A DNA stretch of 64,000 bases, taken from assembly GCA_050950145.1 (NCBI GenBank), contig JBMNHB010000001.1:140266-204265 (forward strand), read 5' to 3'. This DNA comes from Candidatus Dojkabacteria bacterium. GTDB taxonomy: Bacteria > Patescibacteriota > Dojkabacteria > SC72. Shown here piece after piece: positions 57,696-64,000 of this stretch; position 1 is the stretch's first letter; every line of letters starts with the position of its first letter. Below the pieces are notes generated by a model that saw only the letters and a program-made list of their open reading frames with translations, made no database searches and had not been told where the DNA came from. The translations under genes and the position numbers were made by a program.

Positions 57696-58538
57696 TTACT
57701 GTTTAAAATATTCTAAAATTTCAGGGATTAACTCTGTATCTACATCCCAATGTCCCTTACCATCAATTGTTACCAAGGTAACTTCTTTTCCATGGGCTTT
57801 AAGCCTTGCTATAAAGCTGGTAGTTAGAGAGTAGGGGACATTAACATCCTTATTTCCGTGCCAGATATGTATAGGGATATTCCTAATATTCTCTACTCTT
57901 GTGGAATTCCAAGTTGTAGCGTATGTAGTTGGTGCTAACAGAGCAATTTTAACAATACCACCAGGATATTTCTCTGCAAAATTCATAGTAGGTAATCCTC
58001 CCATACTAAATCCAATTAAATATACCTTATCAGATGTCGTAAAATTAGACTTAATATATTCAACTAATTTTCTTGTATCCTCTATAGCTGCAACATTCCC
58101 CCAGTTATCTCCATGTTGATTAGAAGCTGCAAGAATATATCCTTCCTTTACAAATGTATCAGCATATACCCTTAGATCTTTTAATAATTGATTATTAGGA
58201 TCTTGTGTTACAGAATATGTTGAACCGTGACTGTATATTACTATTGGGAAGTCTTTTTTCTTTTCAAACTTAGAATCAATTGCAATATATGCTAGCTGTC
58301 CATCAATAGTTTCAAATATCTCATGAACTTCAATAGGTTCTTCAGGTTCTACAACAACCTCCTCCTTTACTTCTTCCTTTTGCTCATTATTAATAGTATC
58401 TACAACCTCTTCTTTTTGAGTGAGTTTTTTGTAAAGAAAAATACCGATTAAAATCAGTAGAATCAAAAAAAGAGGAAGAAGAAAAAGTCTTTTTGGAGAT
58501 GATTTTCTCACATCTTTTTGTTTTAGAGAGTATTCCAT
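57696..58538 (-). CDS. membrane-anchored alpha/beta hydrolase
   Basis: TM, YSHG, GFSMGG, HGNKD, GH. Confidence 0.85.
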   Translation of the reverse strand: MEYSLKQKDVRKSSPKRLFLLPLFLILLILIGIFLYKKLTQKEEVVDTINNEQKEEVKEEVVVEPEEPIEVHEIFETIDGQLAYIAIDSKFEKKKDFPIVIYSHGSTYSVTQDPNNQLLKDLRVYADTFVKEGYILAASNQHGDNWGNVAAIEDTRKLVEYIKSNFTTSDKVYLIGFSMGGLPTMNFAEKYPGGIVKIALLAPTTYATTWNSTRVENIRNIPIHIWHGNKDVNVPYSLTTSFIARLKAHGKEVTLVTIDGKGHWDVDTELIPEILEYFKQ

Positions 58539-58621
58539 TTTACTGTTATTTATTGTATAATATAAGGTATAGTAACAAATTGTTCGCACAATATTGTATT
58601 TAATATTTTACATGTAAAGTT

Positions 58622-59383
58622 ATGGCAAAAGCAAAAAAAGCTTTAGAAAAGAATGAAGTGATAGAAATTAATCTTGATTCTTTTGCAGTTCCAATAGCAA
58701 TAGTTGTTGCAGGTATTATAATTGCACTTGCAATATTTTTCGTTAATAAGGGTTCTAATGCAGAGGTTGAAGGTACACAATCGGCACCATCTGTACAAGG
58801 ACAGCAAGAACAAACCCAAAATGAAGATGCAGAAGTTACTGTATCAATAGGAGATTCTCTAACAATTGGAGATAGAAATAAGGCTAAGATTGCTATCGTA
58901 GAGTATAGTAATTTCGGTTGTGGTTACTGTCAAAGACATGCAATTGAGACATATCCAGAGATTAAGAGTAAATATATAGATAGTGGAGAAGTATTGTATG
59001 TGTTTAAGAATCTTCCTTTTAGTGAAGAAGGTACTGCATATAATTCAGCTTTAGCATTGCACTGTGTTGGAAAACTAGCAGATGCAGATAAAGCTGTAGA
59101 ATTTCATAGCAAAGCTTTTGATTTCGCAACAGATGAGGATATAAAGAATGCTGTAGTTGCACTTGGAGTTAATGCTGGAAAATATGATGCTTGTATGGCC
59201 AATCCTGATACTAAATCAGCTATTGCAGCAGAAAGAGATGAGGGTAGTGGTGTAGGTATTACAGGAACACCAGGATTTGTAGTAGGAAAGATAGATAAGG
59301 ATGGTAAAGTTACAGGTCCAATCATTAGAGGTGCATATCCACTCTCTACATTTGAAGCTACAATTAAAAAGTTATCAAAATAG
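58622..59383 (+). CDS. DsbA-family thiol-disulfide oxidoreductase
   Basis: TM anchor, CGYC active site, GITGTPGF, GAYP. Confidence 0.9.
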   Translation: MAKAKKALEKNEVIEINLDSFAVPIAIVVAGIIIALAIFFVNKGSNAEVEGTQSAPSVQGQQEQTQNEDAEVTVSIGDSLTIGDRNKAKIAIVEYSNFGCGYCQRHAIETYPEIKSKYIDSGEVLYVFKNLPFSEEGTAYNSALALHCVGKLADADKAVEFHSKAFDFATDEDIKNAVVALGVNAGKYDACMANPDTKSAIAAERDEGSGVGITGTPGFVVGKIDKDGKVTGPIIRGAYPLSTFEATIKKLSK

Positions 59384-59403
59384 ATATATATTCTTAGTTA
59401 ATG

Positions 59404-59433
59404 AAAAGGGAGGTATTTCTACCTCCCTTTTTT
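59404..59433. terminator. bidirectional intrinsic terminator
   Basis: AAAAGGGAGGTA-TTTC-TACCTCCCTTTTTT between convergent genes. Confidence 0.85.
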
Positions 59434-59458
59434 GTATCAACCCTTAGATCTCTTCTAA

Positions 59459-60625
59459 CTATTTCTTTTTGTCCTTCTTAATTATAGCTAAGTTTTGTTT
59501 ATCAAAGAAATCCTTTTTCATTCTTACAAATGCACCTAGTGCAACGGATGTTACAACGAAGCTATATAGTCCTCCAATAAAAGGTATTAACTTAACAATG
59601 GTAGTAACAACTCTACCAATTAAGAAAGACTTAAATGGTCTATAATCTTTAATCTTAAAAAGTCTTAATATTTCTCTACCGATTGCTAGCTCAACCCATA
59701 CACCTCCAAATATTATTGTGAAGATTAAAAATGCTGTAAGTATCCCTGCTAATGGAATACCGACTACAGAGATTAAAAGGAAGATAATTGGAATCCATGC
59801 AAAGAATAGAACAGCTAGACCAATTCCAAAGCTCTTTAGTAATTCCTCTGTAGATGTATTTATCTTCTTTAGTACTAAGCCTGTCTTAACAGGAGCCATA
59901 AAGATTAGGAATGCTCCTGCAATTAACATACTTGTAAATCCTATTATTACATTATTTATTTTTACTCCCCATGTTACTTCCTTTGGTATCCATTCCTTCT
60001 CTTCTTTATCAATCTCAACTCCTTGGCTTTTTGCAATCTTTTCTATTTCCTTTGCATCATAAATCTTACTACCTACTTTTGTTTCATCAATATTGTATTG
60101 TTGTGCAAGCATAATAACATCTCCCCTTACATTGCCTTTTACATTGGAAGTAGATGCAAAGACTCTTAAATCATCTCCCACATCTCCTGATAGATTATTA
60201 TCTGCAGTAAATACAATTAAATCCTTACCTGTAAAACCAGAGTGTATTATTGAAGATGCAAAGAGTGTTGCATTGTCTGAAACAACTCCTTCTATTTGTG
60301 CTTTGTATGCAAAGAGAGTTAAGTTTCCTTGTATTTGAGTGTTTTCTCCTATGAGTATGTTCTCAGCAAAGACATATACATTACCTGCAACATATCCATT
60401 GAGTTGGAAATTCTTACCAAAGGAAACCAGATCTCCATTTATAGTACCATTAATCTTGGCAGTATCACCAAAGAGGTAGAGATCATCATTTACATTCTTT
60501 CCTGTTTGCAATGTATATTGCTCTTTGAAAGAAAATTCTGCAGCTTGACTTCTATTTGGGACTAAAACACCAAGCATCAATACTATTAGTATTGGCAGAG
60601 CTATTAAAGAAAATATTTTCTTCAT
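59459..60625 (-). CDS. bactofilin-like beta-helix membrane protein
   Basis: Signal peptide, INGTINGDL-type repeats, four C-terminal TMs. Confidence 0.8.
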   Translation of the reverse strand: MKKIFSLIALPILIVLMLGVLVPNRSQAAEFSFKEQYTLQTGKNVNDDLYLFGDTAKINGTINGDLVSFGKNFQLNGYVAGNVYVFAENILIGENTQIQGNLTLFAYKAQIEGVVSDNATLFASSIIHSGFTGKDLIVFTADNNLSGDVGDDLRVFASTSNVKGNVRGDVIMLAQQYNIDETKVGSKIYDAKEIEKIAKSQGVEIDKEEKEWIPKEVTWGVKINNVIIGFTSMLIAGAFLIFMAPVKTGLVLKKINTSTEELLKSFGIGLAVLFFAWIPIIFLLISVVGIPLAGILTAFLIFTIIFGGVWVELAIGREILRLFKIKDYRPFKSFLIGRVVTTIVKLIPFIGGLYSFVVTSVALGAFVRMKKDFFDKQNLAIIKKDKKK

Positions 60626-60710
60626 ATATTAAATTATTTAAATTATATCTTCACATTTAATTGTAACAGAAATTACTGTCATCGTAAAACATTTTGTGTA
60701 TAATTGTGAA

Positions 60711-61562
60711 ATGAAAGTTGGAATAATAATTGTAAATTTTAATGGTAGGCATCTCTTAGAGAAGAACTTACTCTCTGTTGTAAATAATGGATACGAGGAT
60801 TTTGAGATTGTAATTGTAGATAATGCATCTATAGATGGTAGTGTTGAGTATCTTAAGAAAGAATTCCCCTCTGTGAAGGTAGTAAAAAGTAAAGAGAATT
60901 TAGGTTTTGGTAAGGGAAATAATCTAGGTGTTAAAGAGTATCCTGACTATGATGCATATCTCTTTCTGAATAATGATGTATCTGTTCCTAAGGGATTTTT
61001 GGATGACTTGGTGAAAGAGCTACGAAAGGAAAATGTAGGGGCAGTTGGTCCAAAGATTTTGTATTCTAAAGAAAAAGTAGGTAGCGAAAAGAGAATCATT
61101 AATTCTGCAGGGATATATGTAGATAGACACTACATGGCATATGATAGATACGATAAGGAGGAAGATAATCCTAAATACAGTGTAGTAGAGGAGATAGATG
61201 CTCTCATGGGAGGAGCATTTTTAGTTAAAAGAGAGGTTTTTGAAAAAGTAGGAGGCTTTAATCCAAATATGTTCTTGTACTATGAAGATATTGACCTTTC
61301 TCTTAGAATTAGGGATTTAGGATACAAACTACACTATGTTGGAACATCTGAGGTATATCATGACCATATGGCATCTTCTAAGAGTTTAGGTATGAGGAAA
61401 AGAAACATTATGAATATGCAGAATAGATTTAGAAGTATACAGAGTAGAAAAGGGATATGGGTGGCAATAAAAGAGACAATCTGGTATCTTTTTAATTGGT
61501 TAATGTGGAAAATGATATACTCTAAGAGAGTTACGCTAAAAGAATTTTTAAAGGAGAAATAA
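60711..61562 (+). CDS. GT2 glycosyltransferase
   Basis: IIIVNFNG, VDNASIDGS, NLGFGKGNN, FLNND, FLYYEDIDL. Confidence 0.92.
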   Translation: MKVGIIIVNFNGRHLLEKNLLSVVNNGYEDFEIVIVDNASIDGSVEYLKKEFPSVKVVKSKENLGFGKGNNLGVKEYPDYDAYLFLNNDVSVPKGFLDDLVKELRKENVGAVGPKILYSKEKVGSEKRIINSAGIYVDRHYMAYDRYDKEEDNPKYSVVEEIDALMGGAFLVKREVFEKVGGFNPNMFLYYEDIDLSLRIRDLGYKLHYVGTSEVYHDHMASSKSLGMRKRNIMNMQNRFRSIQSRKGIWVAIKETIWYLFNWLMWKMIYSKRVTLKEFLKEK

Positions 61563-62335
61563 TGAACAAGAATGATTTAGATCTCTACAAACAATTTGTA
61601 AAAACAACTTTCAAGATGAGATACAAAGGTTCGCTCTTAGGTTTTTTCTGGGTTCTTCTTAAACCTTTCTTCATGTTTTTAATCCTCTTTATCATCTTCT
61701 CACACACATCATCATCTATTGGGGGTCTTACACAACAACAATACGCTGTGTATCTTCTCTCTGGATTAATAGTCTATACATTTTTTAATGAAGGTATGAT
61801 CTGGGGTATGGGCTCAATTATGGAGAGGGCTGAATTAATTGTAAAAATCAATTTTAAAAGAGATGTTGTAGTTGCTAGTTCTTTAAGTATGGCTCTCATT
61901 AACTTCTCAATTAATCTTTTGATTGTACTTGTGGTAGCATTATTATTAAAGATTAGTATCAGTCTAGTTGGCCTTGCATATATTTTTTTCATAGGTTTTG
62001 TCATGTTCCTCTCTCTTTATGGTGTCTCTTTCTTTACTAGTATCTGGCTTGTTCATGTTAGAGATCTTCAGCATATTATGGAACTTGTCTTACAACTTCT
62101 CTTCTATGCTAGTGCAGTATTCTTTCCAGTTGAAATGATTCCAGAAAATTACAGATTTATTGTTTACTACAACCCTGTTGCAAGATTTGTAAAAGCCGTA
62201 AGAGAAGCTTTAATATTTGGAGAAATCACAGATTTGAAATTTGTTCTCTTGGCTTTAACGGTATCGATTGTTTTAGTAGTTCTAGGAAGATTGTATTTTA
62301 GCAAACATATTAAAAAAGTAGCTGAGCATTTTTAA
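61562..62335 (+). CDS. wzm: polysaccharide ABC exporter permease
   Basis: RYKGSLLGFFWVLLKP, RDLQHI, YNPV. Confidence 0.88.
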   Translation: MNKNDLDLYKQFVKTTFKMRYKGSLLGFFWVLLKPFFMFLILFIIFSHTSSSIGGLTQQQYAVYLLSGLIVYTFFNEGMIWGMGSIMERAELIVKINFKRDVVVASSLSMALINFSINLLIVLVVALLLKISISLVGLAYIFFIGFVMFLSLYGVSFFTSIWLVHVRDLQHIMELVLQLLFYASAVFFPVEMIPENYRFIVYYNPVARFVKAVREALIFGEITDLKFVLLALTVSIVLVVLGRLYFSKHIKKVAEHF

Positions 62336-62339
62336 AAAT

Positions 62340-63074
62340 ATGGAAGAGAATATAGCGATTAAAGTAACAAATTTAACAAAGAAGTTTAGAATACCTGAGC
62401 ATGGTTCTCCTACAACCCTGCAAGAGAGGTTTGTAAATCCTTTTGCAAAGAAAAAGATGGTAGACTTTGTAGCTCTTAAAGATCTCTCTTTTGATGTTAA
62501 AAAGGGAGAATTCTTTAGTGTAATTGGTCCTAATGGTGCAGGTAAGTCCACACTACTAAAACTGATATCAGGTATTTACATTCCTGATGGAGGTACAATT
62601 GATGTTAATGGTAAGCTTGTTCCTTTCTTGGAGTTAGGTGTTGGTTTTAATCCAGATCTTAGTGCAAGAGAGAATATATATCTTAATGGTACGATTCTTG
62701 GTCTTACTGAGAAGGAAATTAATGAGAGTGTTGATGATATTTTTGATTTTGCTGAACTTAAGGAGTTTGAAGACCTTTCTATCAAAAAGTTTTCATCTGG
62801 TATGCAGGTTAGGTTAGCATTTTCAATTGCAATTAGAGTTAAGTCAGATATTTTAGTACTTGATGAGGTATTAGCTGTAGGAGATGGGGAGTTCCAGAAG
62901 AAGTGTTTTGCATATTTTGATGATATTGTTGGTAAGAAGACAATACTGTTTGTATCTCATGGATTGGATAGTGTAAGAAAGTATTCTGATAGGGTACTTT
63001 GGTTGAAAGAAGACAAGACATATGAGATAGGGGAGCCTAATGATATTGTTGATAGATATAGTGCTACCTTTTAA
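62340..63074 (+). CDS. wzt: polysaccharide ABC exporter ATPase
   Basis: GPNGAGKST, FSSGMQVRLAF, LDEVLAVGD, VSH. Confidence 0.92.
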   Translation: MEENIAIKVTNLTKKFRIPEHGSPTTLQERFVNPFAKKKMVDFVALKDLSFDVKKGEFFSVIGPNGAGKSTLLKLISGIYIPDGGTIDVNGKLVPFLELGVGFNPDLSARENIYLNGTILGLTEKEINESVDDIFDFAELKEFEDLSIKKFSSGMQVRLAFSIAIRVKSDILVLDEVLAVGDGEFQKKCFAYFDDIVGKKTILFVSHGLDSVRKYSDRVLWLKEDKTYEIGEPNDIVDRYSATF

Positions 63075-63092
63075 GAATTTTAATTACCATAT

Positions 63093-64000
63093 ATGAAGAT
63101 AACAGAACTGTTTCAAAGAATAGTTAGTAGAATACCAATATATTTCAAACAACTACTTACCTCTTTTAAAAAGAATGGTATTTTAAATACCCTCAAAAGA
63201 GTTTTTAAGAAAATTTGGAGGTTTGTAATAACTGGTGGAGATGGTTCTAAGTTGATGAGAATATCATATGGGGAGTGGATGGAGAATGTAGAAGGTAAGT
63301 ATCTCAATCAAGAATCAATGAAAAGTGATTTAAAAAGGCTTAAAGTTAATCCTAAGTTTTCAATAATATTCCCAGTGTGGAATAAGTCTGAGGAGATGTT
63401 ACAAGCTGCTTTGGATTCAATAACTTCACAGGTATATGATAATTGGGAGATATGTATATCCGATGGTTCTAGTAAGAATGTTAAAGAGACTAGAGATTTC
63501 CTTAAGAACTTTGCTAAGGAGTATGGTAAGAAGGTTAAGTTTTCTACAATTGATATAGAGGGAATTAATATAATTGAGAATAGTAATAATGCATTGAGTA
63601 TGGCAACTGGAGAATATGTTGTGTTCATGGATTGTGATGATGAGATATCTAGGAATTGTTTGTTAGAGTTAGCTAAAGGTATTGATAGACATCCTGAGGT
63701 TGAATTCATGTATAGTGATTTTGATAAGATTGATGAGAATGGTAAGAGATTTAATCCTTCTTTCTGGCCTGATTGGTCTCCTCATACGCTGACTTCACAG
63801 ATGTATACTACTCATGTTACTTGTTATCGTAGGGATGTAGTAGAGGAGTTAGGCGGGCTTATTAAGGGTACTGAGGGTGCACAGGATTGGGATTTAGTAA
63901 TGAGGTATGTTACGAGGGGTAATTGGAAGGTATTACATATACCTAAGATACTCTACCATTGGAGGGTATATCCAGGTTCTACTGCACTAGCTGGTAGTGG
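63093..64000 (+). CDS. GT2 glycosyltransferase (runs off the window)
   Basis: PKFSIIFPVWN, WEICISDGS, FMDCDD, GAQDWD; no stop before 64000. Confidence 0.88.
   Translation, partial: MKITELFQRIVSRIPIYFKQLLTSFKKNGILNTLKRVFKKIWRFVITGGDGSKLMRISYGEWMENVEGKYLNQESMKSDLKRLKVNPKFSIIFPVWNKSEEMLQAALDSITSQVYDNWEICISDGSSKNVKETRDFLKNFAKEYGKKVKFSTIDIEGINIIENSNNALSMATGEYVVFMDCDDEISRNCLLELAKGIDRHPEVEFMYSDFDKIDENGKRFNPSFWPDWSPHTLTSQMYTTHVTCYRRDVVEELGGLIKGTEGAQDWDLVMRYVTRGNWKVLHIPKILYHWRVYPGSTALAGS

Noticed and set aside
436-63709. Many antisense ORFs in the ORF track (e.g. 436-819, 11812-12204, 39674-40120, 63308-63709)
   Set aside because: Shadows of well-supported genes on the opposite strand; low-complexity F/L/S composition
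1-64000. CRISPR array, rRNA or TGA recoding
   Set aside because: No regular repeat-spacer pattern or rRNA motifs seen; conserved genes translate intact with code 11

Overview
AT-rich chromosomal window that looks like a CPR/Patescibacteria genome. A Dojkabacteria-like lineage is my inference from the missing rpmC and rpmD, archaeal-type PyrH, alpha2-type GlyRS, AGA-dominated Arg codons and few SD motifs. Bases 1-13.1 kb hold the S10-spc-alpha ribosomal superoperon (end of rplB to rplQ, then rplM-rpsI). The rest is mostly housekeeping and envelope genes: rnpB, fmt, queA/tgt, rny, hup, pyrH, two Gre factors, tRNA-Glu(CTC), lemA/TPM, mpg, nrdR, trmD, glyQS, lysS, nrnA, serS, thpR, miaA, degenerate secD/secF, higBA, tRNA-Pro(GGG), a sensor kinase, a ferredoxin, dsbA and the start of a wzm/wzt polysaccharide locus. 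Most unusual observations: (1) a ~60-nt D-armless tRNA-like RNA ending in ACCA, followed by a terminator, directly downstream of nrnA; (2) two tandem HExxH proteins that look like circularly permuted gluzincin metallopeptidases; (3) a small membrane peptide + PhcB-like methyltransferase + 7TM histidine kinase cassette beside tRNA-Pro, a candidate signal synthase/receptor pair; (4) a promoter-driven rod-shaped 6S-like RNA upstream of rny; (5) a JAB/MPN protein coupled to tgt; (6) a very reduced RNase P RNA; (7) a recurrent P-x-V-L-G linker motif in exported proteins. All family assignments come from reading motifs by eye; no searches were run.
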